From Akkermansiaceae bacterium (GTDB lineage: Bacteria; Verrucomicrobiota; Verrucomicrobiia; Verrucomicrobiales; Akkermansiaceae), in NCBI GenBank assembly GCA_017798145.1, contig CP059069.1, positions 519,226 to 543,225 of the forward strand: DNA of 24,000 nucleotides. The letters are read 5' to 3'. The notes beneath the pieces are model-generated. The model was not told the DNA's origin and ran no database searches. It saw only the letters and a list, made by a program, of their open reading frames with translations. This document shows positions 1 through 7,949 of the stretch, piece by piece; position 1 is the first letter of the stretch; every line of letters starts with the position of its first letter. The translations under genes were made by a program, and so were the position numbers.

Positions 1-1
1 T

Positions 2-751
2 CCGGAGCGCAACTTCCAACCCGTCCGCTCGCCCGGAGAAAACCGCTGGGCTGATGGCTCCGGAGCATGGGACCTGTTGCTGGGAGAGCGGATGGATCTG
101 GAATGGTTCGAGGAGGAACCGTTCGCCGATCTTGGACTGGGAGTGGTGCCTCGCTACCAGAGCTACTTCGAGGTGCCGAATCGGTCATTGTTAGGAATGA
201 TCATTGATCGAGCCCTTGAGCGCGGGGAGGATGACATCGACAAGCTATTCCCGGACGACATTTCCGATTTGGACACCATTGTCCGGCGTTCAAGGGTTCA
301 GCTGGTGAGGGAGGATAGCGATCTGCCCATGATGCCCTGCGATGTAGGAATCGGCGTATCACAGGCGCTACCAGTGGCGATCGGTGCCATGGCTCCCGGC
401 TACCGGATTCTCGCGGTTGAGCAACCCGAACTCCACATCCACCCGGCAATCCAGTGCAACCTTGGCGATTTGCTGGCGAAGCAAGTCATCAAGGACGAGG
501 GGCGAACCATGCTGCTGGAGACCCACAGCGAGCACCTGATCCTGAGGATGCTCCGCCGCATCCGGGAAAACACCGAGGGAACCCTCGATGACGACAAGCC
601 GGCATTGGTGCCGGAGCACCTTTCCGTCCTGTGGGTCGAGCAGCACGGGGGCGTTGTGGCCATCAAACCCATTCCTGTGAATCCCCAAGGCGACTTCGAT
701 GAAGAGTGGCCGAAGGGCTTTTTCGAAGAACGCTTCGACGAATACGAATGA
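2..751 (+). CDS. ABC/OLD-type AAA ATPase, C-terminal part (5' end outside the window)
   Basis: Frame 2 is open from the first base (PERNFQPVRSPGENRW...), so the track ORF starting at TTG 77 is probably the tail of a longer gene. It has a Walker-B-like LAVEQPELHIHP and an H-loop-like MLLETHSEHLILRMLRR, the signature pair of AAA_15/AAA_21/OLD-type ABC ATPases. The C-terminal tail resembles DUF3696 from memory. Confidence 0.75.
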   Translation, partial: PERNFQPVRSPGENRWADGSGAWDLLLGERMDLEWFEEEPFADLGLGVVPRYQSYFEVPNRSLLGMIIDRALERGEDDIDKLFPDDISDLDTIVRRSRVQLVREDSDLPMMPCDVGIGVSQALPVAIGAMAPGYRILAVEQPELHIHPAIQCNLGDLLAKQVIKDEGRTMLLETHSEHLILRMLRRIRENTEGTLDDDKPALVPEHLSVLWVEQHGGVVAIKPIPVNPQGDFDEEWPKGFFEERFDEYE

Positions 752-760
752 CCCGCGACC

Positions 761-1687
761 ATGATCAAAATCATCGCAGTACATCCGGACGTCATGTCCA
801 CCCCCGAGGGGATCCGTGAGTATCTCAAGGATTTCGGCACCGGCAAGGGACGTTGGATCCCGCTTGTCCCATCAAACTGGAAGTCTATCGTTTCTCAGGC
901 CATCAAGGGCAATCATTCGCTCGGGCCGATCAAAAGAAACACGCTTCGCGACAAGATAACGAATCCGAGTTTCTGCGACAAATACCTGAAGGTCGATCTG
1001 GTTGATGGTGACGGTAGGGAGTGGGGCCAGATCGTTAAGGAATTCTGTGATCTTGGCACATTTGATGCCGCCATCGTCAACGGAGAGTTGAACGCCGGAG
1101 AGAAGTCGCTCAAGGCCTATGAATTTGATCCGGACAGCGACCTGTATGCTGTCCGCATTTCCGGATTTGTTTCCCGTGACCCCGAGGAACTCGCAAGACA
1201 GGTGGCACCCGGCCTCCGCTTTGCGAAGGAATTGCACGTGATCGACGTCTATTGCAAGAGCCGGGGAACCAACTGCGCATCATACGGAAAATTCTTTCGC
1301 GGGTTGCTGGACACATGCAGACAGACCAACCCCGCGTTGACGTCAATCACCCTGCACATGAAAGAGCCGGATGACTTCGACCGGAGACGGGAGGAAGCAA
1401 ACTATAGGTCATGGGTGAGCCACTTCCTGCGATCTGGAGAGACATTGAAAATCCGCTACCTGAAGGAGCGCCAGGACGGTGAGAGGATGCACCTCCGCGC
1501 CGTTTTCACCGATAACCTGCTGATCACCGGCCATTACGGCTTCGGCTCCGGCTCAAGCGAATCCGAGACAACCGACCTCACCCTCAGGGAACACAGCGAC
1601 CTGATTGCGATCCGCAACCTCTACCTGAGTGATGACAAGATCGGATTTGACCTGATGGAACAGATCGAAATCGGCTCTAATTCCTGA
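761..1687 (+). CDS. hypothetical protein (308 aa), second gene of the ATPase-PLD operon
   Basis: ATG lies 9 nt after the ATPase stop. It is the longest ORF here and has protein-like composition. I recognise no family. Near the C-terminus there is an HKD-like string, MHLRAVFTDNLLITGHYGFGSG. Confidence 0.6.
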   Translation: MIKIIAVHPDVMSTPEGIREYLKDFGTGKGRWIPLVPSNWKSIVSQAIKGNHSLGPIKRNTLRDKITNPSFCDKYLKVDLVDGDGREWGQIVKEFCDLGTFDAAIVNGELNAGEKSLKAYEFDPDSDLYAVRISGFVSRDPEELARQVAPGLRFAKELHVIDVYCKSRGTNCASYGKFFRGLLDTCRQTNPALTSITLHMKEPDDFDRRREEANYRSWVSHFLRSGETLKIRYLKERQDGERMHLRAVFTDNLLITGHYGFGSGSSESETTDLTLREHSDLIAIRNLYLSDDKIGFDLMEQIEIGSNS

Positions 1688-1710
1688 AATCCAACCCATC
1701 ACCGCAGCCC

Positions 1711-3369
1711 ATGATCAAAAGCAAAAGCTTCCTCCCCCGATGGACCAAACGCGTCACAATGGAAGGCAGTGGCCGCGATCCTCTCGGCCTTACCCGCGTA
1801 TCGGATGAGTTCACGGGCTTCCTGCTTCCCTCCATCATAACCATCACGCCACGGGCTCGCTATTTCTCCTTTTACACTTGGGCGATCCGGGAATGCCGAC
1901 AGGCTTTCGAGGAGGGCGATTTGCGAACCTTCGACGAGCGCCTGCGCTGTATCGATACTGCCTTCGCGATCAGTTCCCGCTTTGGGCGGACGACGGATCT
2001 CACCATTACCGGGATCGACAAGGTGAACGCCAGGCTGCCTGATCCATCCTCGGAAGAACCTATCGACGTTCTCTTTCCCGTTCTACCCTCCAGTGAGCGG
2101 GGAGCCTTCGGCCAAGCCTATGGAAGCTCAATCGATCATCTCGGGCTCATTCAGTGGAGTGAGGAGGAAGATTGGAAACTGAGGCCCGGTAGGGGCGACA
2201 AACTGGCCGCCGCCTTCTCCGGAGCCATTAGCCGCACCCCCTACGTGCTGGATGGGCACACCGGCGGGCAATGGATCCCTCCCTCCGTCCTGAGAGACTC
2301 CGCCAAATCCTTCAGCCTCGATGCGATTCGCCAGCCCGGGGCAAAGGCCGAGCGTGAAATCCTCACCCGCATCTTTTTCGACCTCGACGACGAAGAGACC
2401 ACCAACTCTCGGAGTCACCGCCAGGCCACGCTCGGCCTGTTGCTCCATGTGCTGAGCGCTTATGACAAGATCGGTGCCCTGCCCAATCGCCGGGACGTCA
2501 ACAGCTCTTGCATCTTCTGGCCCCACTACTACGGCGGGCTCTATGTCGATGGCGCGCTTTCGGTTCCCTACCAGCCTCTTCCTTGCTTCGAGGAAACACG
2601 TGAATACTGGCGCCAGTTCTGCCTTCACCAGTTTTTCCTGTATGCGGCGGAACAATTTCTACAGGCCATGCTCGATGCCATGGCAACTCAACCCGATGGA
2701 GTGTCCAGGGACGGGATGCTGGAGGCTATGCTGCAGGCCGGCTTCGTTGAGGATCTTGAGCGGGTCATGGAGCGGAAAACCCCGGGGCCGAACGATCTGC
2801 TCGACTTTTTCAGAACTGGCGACGCCCCGGAATCCGTCCAGCAACAATTCTCGTGCGACCACCCCCTCAGCGAGGGCTGGATCCATTATCAGGATCCAAA
2901 CGCGGACAATCCTGAGGCTCCTGTAACCCGGCTCGGGCGTGCATTCGCAATCTGGGCTCAGCTTTATGCCAAGTGGCGAAACAGTGACGACCCCGCACTT
3001 CTTGATGTAGCCGAACGCGCCAGCCAGGAGTGGTGGGTCGGCACGCTTTTCGAGTGGGGGGATGAATGGCACGATGAAAACCCCGATTGGCCCACCACCC
3101 TGCGCCGATTGATCGATGTCTTTGTGTCGCGACATGAGCAGATTCGTTTCCACAAGGGCAAACTCGACGCCGCCTGGTTCGAGGTTCTAGGCGGGCGCTT
3201 CTCCCAGATCCAAGATCTTACGCTGGACTTCCGGGCATCCCGTCATCCACAAGTCGCCACTGTGTTCCAGGATCTCTGTCTACTGGAGGATGGGACTCTC
3301 AATGAGCCCCTGAAACCAACTGAATGGGCGCGCAAAATCCTGGATGAAGTAATCCGCTCACGGTCATGA
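1711..3369 (+). CDS. hypothetical protein (552 aa), third gene of the ATPase-PLD operon
   Basis: ATG lies 23 nt after the upstream stop, and its stop overlaps the next start (ATGA at 3366-3369). The N-terminal motif is GRDPLGLTRVSDEFTGFLLPSIITITPRARYFSFYTW. No family recognised. An alternative start at M17 (nt 1759) is possible. Confidence 0.65.
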   Translation: MIKSKSFLPRWTKRVTMEGSGRDPLGLTRVSDEFTGFLLPSIITITPRARYFSFYTWAIRECRQAFEEGDLRTFDERLRCIDTAFAISSRFGRTTDLTITGIDKVNARLPDPSSEEPIDVLFPVLPSSERGAFGQAYGSSIDHLGLIQWSEEEDWKLRPGRGDKLAAAFSGAISRTPYVLDGHTGGQWIPPSVLRDSAKSFSLDAIRQPGAKAEREILTRIFFDLDDEETTNSRSHRQATLGLLLHVLSAYDKIGALPNRRDVNSSCIFWPHYYGGLYVDGALSVPYQPLPCFEETREYWRQFCLHQFFLYAAEQFLQAMLDAMATQPDGVSRDGMLEAMLQAGFVEDLERVMERKTPGPNDLLDFFRTGDAPESVQQQFSCDHPLSEGWIHYQDPNADNPEAPVTRLGRAFAIWAQLYAKWRNSDDPALLDVAERASQEWWVGTLFEWGDEWHDENPDWPTTLRRLIDVFVSRHEQIRFHKGKLDAAWFEVLGGRFSQIQDLTLDFRASRHPQVATVFQDLCLLEDGTLNEPLKPTEWARKILDEVIRSRS

Positions 3370-5558
3370 AGGAAGAGGATAAAGACATCGATCTGCACAA
3401 GCGCTTCAAGCGCAATGTCTACGATCACGCACTGGTGGCCACCTTCACCTTCAGCCCTCGGTTTTTTGAGGAATACATGCTTGAGCGCTTCAAAGCCCTC
3501 CAAGGCAAAGGCGGCGTCACCGTATTTTTGGATCGCGGCCAGTATGAGGAAATCATCGAGGCAGCGTCCAGGGGTAACGGCTGGACGCCAAAGCTGGCGA
3601 ACCGACGCTACCTGCTGCATCCCATCTCGGTTCACGGGGTTTTTCACCCGAAAGTGTTCCTTCTCAGCTCAGCGAATCGCGGTCTTCTGGTCGTAGGTAG
3701 CGCGAACTTTTCGCAGGATGGACTCGGCGGCAATGCCGAGTTGGTCTCGGTCTTTGAGTTTGAGGCGGGGAAAAAGGAGGAAGCCCTTCCGCTTTTCCAA
3801 TCCGCCTTCCGCTTCTTCGAGGAGCTCTCCGGCCGCTGGCCGGGTAAGGAGGTGGCATCGAATGTCGATGAAGTCCGCAGGGATGCGCCGTGGCTTACCG
3901 AGACACCCGATTCTCCTGTCTCTGATTCGTTGCCCACCCTCCTGCACAACCTGGATCATGCGCTATGGCCACAGATCGTCGATGGCCTCGGCTCTGTCGA
4001 TGAAATCAGTTTGGTCTCCAGGTTCTTCGACAGCTCGCCCGCCATACTTGATTCAATCTGCAGGGGTCTGGGCACTCCGAAATTCAAAATCCACACCCAA
4101 CCAAAGCGAGGCACCCTCACACCGGATTGGCTAAGCCACCCTTTTGCCCGGGACGAGAGGCTCAGCATTCGCCTCTGCCAATACGGTGACGGCGAACACT
4201 ACCAACCACTCCACGCTAAAGGCTATGCGCTCACCAAAGGCAGCAAGACCACTCTGGCGATCGGTAGCGCGAACTTCAGCACGTCAGCCCTGCTCAGGCC
4301 TGCGGCATCGGGCAACGTCGAAGCCATGCTCCTCTATCCGCCGGTGACCAAGAGTTCGCTCGACGCGGACAAACTCTTCGATCCCCTGGGGTCTGCCAAG
4401 AAAGTCACCCATCCGGAACAACTCGCGGTTCCAGCGGACGCAGAGTTCGAACCGACACACACCGCGAGTTCGTTCTCAATCCTTCTCGAAGAGGCAAGGT
4501 TGGAAGAAAGCGTGCTAATCCTTTCAACGAAGGCGCAGGAACCGGGACTTTCCTGCCGCCTCTCACAGGCGAATGTGGCGTCCACGGTGCTCCCCGTGGG
4601 TGCAATTCGCCAGTTTGACACCCGACTCGAACCTCCAGCAAAGTGGATCCGAAGAATGTCCGAATCTCCTACGGTCGCCCAGCTTGTGCGCTACAAGGGA
4701 GATTCCTGGGAGGCCGTCAGCAATCCAGTCTTGGTTGCCGCCATCTTCGACCCCGAAACAGGCAAGGGAGCCCGCCAGAGTCGGCGACTCCGGGAGGCTG
4801 TGGAAAGTCCGCAACGCTTCATGGGTGTACTTCGCGAACTCTGTGAAGGCAATGATGAAGCTGCCCTGAAGAGCTTTCTGGCCAACTGCAACATTCCCAT
4901 TGATCTGAATCTACGCACCATCAGACCGGGCAAGCATAGAACTGCATCCACAGATGGCCCTCCAACTGGGTTTGGTGATCTGGGCGGACGCAATCTCCGA
5001 CACTTCGAACAGCTTCACGACGCAGCCATAGCTTTTGCCCGTCGCCACCGCACTCGCCTCTCACGGCATGTTGAGAACGGCACTGCCCGCAGCATCCCGA
5101 ACTTTCTCCACATTCTTGAAACCTTGATCTTGCTTCTGTTCAGTCAGATCGAGCGAGCCAAAGAAGGTTTGACTGCCGAGGCTCGGACAACGCTCAGCGC
5201 GGACGAATGGAAGGAGTTTCGTGAGCACCTGTCTGAATACTATCAGGAAATCGAGAAGCTCCTCGAACTGACCGTTAAGGATTACTTGCCAGGCTTACAC
5301 AAAAACGAGCGAAGAATAACTGTCCATGAGGCTTTCGGAGACGCTCCCGAAACCCTGCTCGGAATCTGCACCAAAGCCATCGCCGCCCGCCAAGAAATCG
5401 CAAAGGCGCTGGACACCAGCGTTTACGTTCAGGTCGACAACTACACCACCCAGAAGGCTCGCTTTTTCCACACCCTCCTCAGTGATGAGAAATGGAAACG
5501 CTATTTCTTCACCCTCAAGGATCTGGCCGAGGAATTGAGAAAAGGTGTCGCAGCATGA
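3366..5558 (+). CDS. PLD-superfamily (two-HKD) nuclease-like protein with a ~400-aa C-terminal domain of unknown function
   Basis: Two HxK...GSxN motifs: FHPKVFLLSSANRGLLVVGSANFS (H94 at nt 3645) and LHAKGYALTKGSKTTLAIGSANFS (H283 at nt 4212). The start overlaps the upstream stop by 4 nt. The C-terminal half looks helical and matches no motif I know. Confidence 0.85.
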   Translation: MKEEDKDIDLHKRFKRNVYDHALVATFTFSPRFFEEYMLERFKALQGKGGVTVFLDRGQYEEIIEAASRGNGWTPKLANRRYLLHPISVHGVFHPKVFLLSSANRGLLVVGSANFSQDGLGGNAELVSVFEFEAGKKEEALPLFQSAFRFFEELSGRWPGKEVASNVDEVRRDAPWLTETPDSPVSDSLPTLLHNLDHALWPQIVDGLGSVDEISLVSRFFDSSPAILDSICRGLGTPKFKIHTQPKRGTLTPDWLSHPFARDERLSIRLCQYGDGEHYQPLHAKGYALTKGSKTTLAIGSANFSTSALLRPAASGNVEAMLLYPPVTKSSLDADKLFDPLGSAKKVTHPEQLAVPADAEFEPTHTASSFSILLEEARLEESVLILSTKAQEPGLSCRLSQANVASTVLPVGAIRQFDTRLEPPAKWIRRMSESPTVAQLVRYKGDSWEAVSNPVLVAAIFDPETGKGARQSRRLREAVESPQRFMGVLRELCEGNDEAALKSFLANCNIPIDLNLRTIRPGKHRTASTDGPPTGFGDLGGRNLRHFEQLHDAAIAFARRHRTRLSRHVENGTARSIPNFLHILETLILLLFSQIERAKEGLTAEARTTLSADEWKEFREHLSEYYQEIEKLLELTVKDYLPGLHKNERRITVHEAFGDAPETLLGICTKAIAARQEIAKALDTSVYVQVDNYTTQKARFFHTLLSDEKWKRYFFTLKDLAEELRKGVAA

Positions 5559-5650
5559 CCTGCGCCGCCTGACGACTTAGGCAATCTGAATACTTTCAGT
5601 GTCATAATAATCTGACCAAGGCACCTGCCTGACCTCATCCAACCTCAAGA

Positions 5651-5688
5651 AGCCCGCCCGGCCTGTGCCGTGGCGGGCTTTTCGTTTC
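5651..5688 (+). terminator. intrinsic terminator after the PLD gene
   Basis: AGCCCGCC (5651-5658) pairs with GGCGGGCT (5672-5679), with extra inner pairs, followed by TTTTCGTTT. Confidence 0.6.
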
Positions 5689-5713
5689 AACAACCAACTA
5701 ACCAACATCCCAA

Positions 5714-5983
5714 ATGATTCCACATCTCCACAGACACATCCCCCATCCCTGCCAGCCCATGCTGCGCACCCATCGCCGTTTCCCAAATCGGAAATGGTTT
5801 CTGATCCCGCTCGCGGGGTTCGCCTTGGTGCTCGCGCTTGCATCCTGCTCGGAGCCTGCGCCCAAGCCGCCTCCGATCCCGGTTACAACAAATACTGAGC
5901 CCGTGGGCGAAGGCCTGAAGGTCATCGCATTCGCCATGCTTGGCGCGTCCGTCGTAGTCGTCCTCGGGAAGATGATCCGCTGA
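5714..5983 (+). CDS. small putative lipoprotein / membrane protein (89 aa, or 74 aa from ATG 5759)
   Basis: From M16 the sequence reads MLRTHRRFPNRKWFLIPLAGFALVLALASC: a basic n-region, a hydrophobic core and an LASC lipobox. A second hydrophobic segment, VIAFAMLGASVVVVLG, lies at the C-terminus. A CA-rich leader sits upstream. Confidence 0.45.
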   Translation: MIPHLHRHIPHPCQPMLRTHRRFPNRKWFLIPLAGFALVLALASCSEPAPKPPPIPVTTNTEPVGEGLKVIAFAMLGASVVVVLGKMIR

Positions 5984-5986
5984 ACC

Positions 5987-6130
5987 ATGACTCTTCACGG
6001 CTTCCTCCTCCAACTTGTCATCATCCTCCTGCTGACCTGGATCATCGGCTCCATCACCGAATCGGGCTGGTGTGGGCTCTACCTCGCGGTCGTGCCCTTC
6101 GCCTTTTACGAAATGTTGAGGACTCGCTGA
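5987..6130 (+). CDS. tiny hydrophobic protein (47 aa), not in the ORF track
   Basis: Hand translation gives MTLHGFLLQLVIILLLTWIIGSITESGWCGLYLAVVPFAFYEMLRTR, with two hydrophobic stretches. The ATG lies 3 nt after the previous stop. Confidence 0.35.
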   Translation: MTLHGFLLQLVIILLLTWIIGSITESGWCGLYLAVVPFAFYEMLRTR

Positions 6131-6158
6131 TCCGGGGCAGGACAACCCATTCCATCCA

Positions 6159-6299
6159 ATGAATAATCCGAACTTCCTGTTCCTGATCTTCGCATGGATC
6201 GCCATTACCGCCCTCTCGTTCTCGGTGCTGTCCAGCTTCTGGCTGCCGATGCTCGTGGGTGCGGTGACGATCATCCTTCTGATCAAATTCGCACGCTGA
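6159..6299 (+). CDS. tiny hydrophobic protein (46 aa), not in the ORF track
   Basis: Hand translation gives MNNPNFLFLIFAWIAITALSFSVLSSFWLPMLVGAVTIILLIKFAR, with two predicted TM-like stretches. It is followed by a small hairpin (6312-6329) and a terminator-like hairpin. Confidence 0.35.
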   Translation: MNNPNFLFLIFAWIAITALSFSVLSSFWLPMLVGAVTIILLIKFAR

Positions 6300-6345
6300 G
6301 CAAACAAGTATCTACGATAAACATCGTAGCAAACACCCGACCAAC

Positions 6346-6383
6346 AAGACCCGCCCCGGCAACGTCCGGAGCGGGTCTTTCCA
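6346..6383 (+). terminator. terminator-like hairpin after the small-membrane-protein cluster
   Basis: AAGACCCGC (6346-6354) pairs with GCGGGTCTT (6371-6379), with inner CCGG/CCGG pairing. The T-run is short (TTT). Confidence 0.5.
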
Positions 6384-6426
6384 TTCTCCTGAAACAAACA
6401 ACAACCCCAACAACCAGCCCAACATT

Positions 6427-6966
6427 ATGGCAATCAAACTAATAGCAAACTACTCGAAGCGCTTAGGCCTTCCTGGGTTCAGCAGTCACCAGTTCTCCGT
6501 CTCGGTGGAAACTGAGCTGAGTGCTGCCGACGACATCGCCGCCGAGTCCACGCGTCTCTATCACCTCCTCCAGTCCAACGTGGACGAGCAGATGCTCCGC
6601 ACGGGATTCGTCCCGCCGACCGACTACGGCATGGATCCGCCTGCGGATTCCGCCGCAACGCAACGCGGCGATTCCACACCGTCCAACGTCACCACGGTTG
6701 CCAACTGGCAGCGTGGTCCGGCTTGGAAATGTTCCGACAAACAGAAGGATCTGATCCTGAAACTTGTCGACGAGCACCAGCTCGACAAGGATGACGTCGA
6801 GGCACTCGCCAACGAGCGCTTCGGAAAAGGCGTCCGCCTGCTCAACAAGGTGGAGGCATCCGGGCTCATCGACGAGCTGCTCGACACGCATGGCTCCGGC
6901 CAGCGCCAGGGCAACCGCCGCAACGGCTCGGCCTACCGCCGATCCAACGGGAGGGACGCCGCATGA
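6427..6966 (+). CDS. hypothetical protein (179 aa), translationally coupled to the Cas4-like nuclease
   Basis: ATG is preceded by a CA-rich leader, and the stop overlaps the next ATG (ATGA 6963-6966). The C-terminal part, WKCSDKQKDLILKLVDEHQLDKDDVEALANERFGKGVRLLNKVEASGLIDELL, is followed by a basic tail. Family not recognised. Confidence 0.65.
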   Translation: MAIKLIANYSKRLGLPGFSSHQFSVSVETELSAADDIAAESTRLYHLLQSNVDEQMLRTGFVPPTDYGMDPPADSAATQRGDSTPSNVTTVANWQRGPAWKCSDKQKDLILKLVDEHQLDKDDVEALANERFGKGVRLLNKVEASGLIDELLDTHGSGQRQGNRRNGSAYRRSNGRDAA

Positions 6967-7823
6967 CCGCGACAGCTACCCCACCGGAAGCGCCGTTCAC
7001 AACCGGGCTGACACCCTGGGCACAGACGTTGCCCGGACACATCAGCCCGTCGGCGGCGAAAGCCTACCTCGGCTGCTCGCTCAAGTTCTACTACGAGCGG
7101 GTGGCCTGCATCCGCAAGGCGACCCCTGTCGCCCTACACCTCGGCAAGGCGGTGCATGCCGCCCTGCAGTCGTTCCACCTCGCCCGCTGGCGGGGTGGCG
7201 ACGATTCACCTGAGACCGTCGCCGCTGCCTACGAGCTGGCCTTCCAGCAACTCGAACGCGACGAAGGGCCGGTGAACTACAAGGACACGTCCGAGCGGGA
7301 GAAAGCCCGTCAGGACGGCCTGCGCGTGGTTGCCGCCTACCTCGACTCCCCGGAGGCGATGAAGGAGAAGCCGCGTGCGGTGGAAGTCCTGCTCAAGGAG
7401 GACATCCCTGGCCTGTCCGTCCCCCTCACCGGGGCAATGGATCTGGTCGAGGGCGACTTCACGGCAGTGGATTTCAAGTCCGCCGCCGCGAAGCCCGACC
7501 CGGCCAACGCGGCCTTCGATCATGAGATCCAACTTGTCAGCTACCAGCTGCTGATGGAGGCCGCCACCGGCGAAACCCCTCCATCCCTCGATCTGGTTTT
7601 CCTAGTGAAGACCAAGACCCCGCAGGTCATCCGGGTGAAATCCAGACCCGCCGATGAGCACCGAAAGCGCCGGGTCATAGCCTTGCTGGAGACTGCCGTC
7701 CAAGGCATCTCCGAAGACAGGTTCCACCCGCAGCCAGGCATGCACTGCTCGTGGTGCCAGTTCCGCAACGAGTGCGCCCAGTGGCTACCCGGCATGGACT
7801 GGCATGCGAAGAAAGCAGCGTAG
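6963..7823 (+). CDS. PD-(D/E)XK nuclease, RecB/Cas4-like with a 4-Cys (Fe-S) signature
   Basis: It has GAMDLVEGDFTAVDFKS (D...DxK core), a QLVSYQLL (QxxxY) motif, an N-terminal Cys (YLGCSLKFYY, C38) and C-terminal CSWCQFRNEC (C262-x2-C-x5-C, nt 7746 onward). This is the Cas4/AddB-type cysteine arrangement. Confidence 0.85.
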   Translation: MTATATPPEAPFTTGLTPWAQTLPGHISPSAAKAYLGCSLKFYYERVACIRKATPVALHLGKAVHAALQSFHLARWRGGDDSPETVAAAYELAFQQLERDEGPVNYKDTSEREKARQDGLRVVAAYLDSPEAMKEKPRAVEVLLKEDIPGLSVPLTGAMDLVEGDFTAVDFKSAAAKPDPANAAFDHEIQLVSYQLLMEAATGETPPSLDLVFLVKTKTPQVIRVKSRPADEHRKRRVIALLETAVQGISEDRFHPQPGMHCSWCQFRNECAQWLPGMDWHAKKAA

Positions 7824-7827
7824 CCTG

Positions 7828-7877
7828 AAACCAGCGCTCGCCGGATCCGCGTGATCCGGCGGGTAGCTGGTTTTTAT
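7828..7877 (+). terminator. intrinsic terminator after the Cas4-like nuclease gene
   Basis: A nested hairpin: AAACCAGC...GCTGGTTT outside and CGCCGGATC-CGCGT-GATCCGGCG inside, followed by TTTTTAT. Confidence 0.6.
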
Positions 7878-7949
7878 AGGTGTCCAATGCTTTCTTGGCA
7901 AAGATGCAAAGAACGCTACGCTCGCTATTAAATGAGGGCTGACCAAATC

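Noticed and set aside
759-1720. Identical 12-mer CCATGATCAAAA at the starts of genes 2 and 3 of the first operon (759-770 and 1709-1720)
   Set aside because: Both proteins begin MIK but diverge immediately afterwards, so they are not paralogues. The match probably reflects a favoured A-rich initiation context or chance. It is noted only as weak support for both start-codon choices.
5687-6397. 236-aa minus-strand ORF covering the small-membrane-protein region
   Set aside because: It is rich in Arg, Gly, Cys and Asp, which is implausible for a protein. Both flanking hairpin terminators and the CA-rich leader are oriented for + strand transcription. Confidence in the + strand mini-ORFs is still only moderate.
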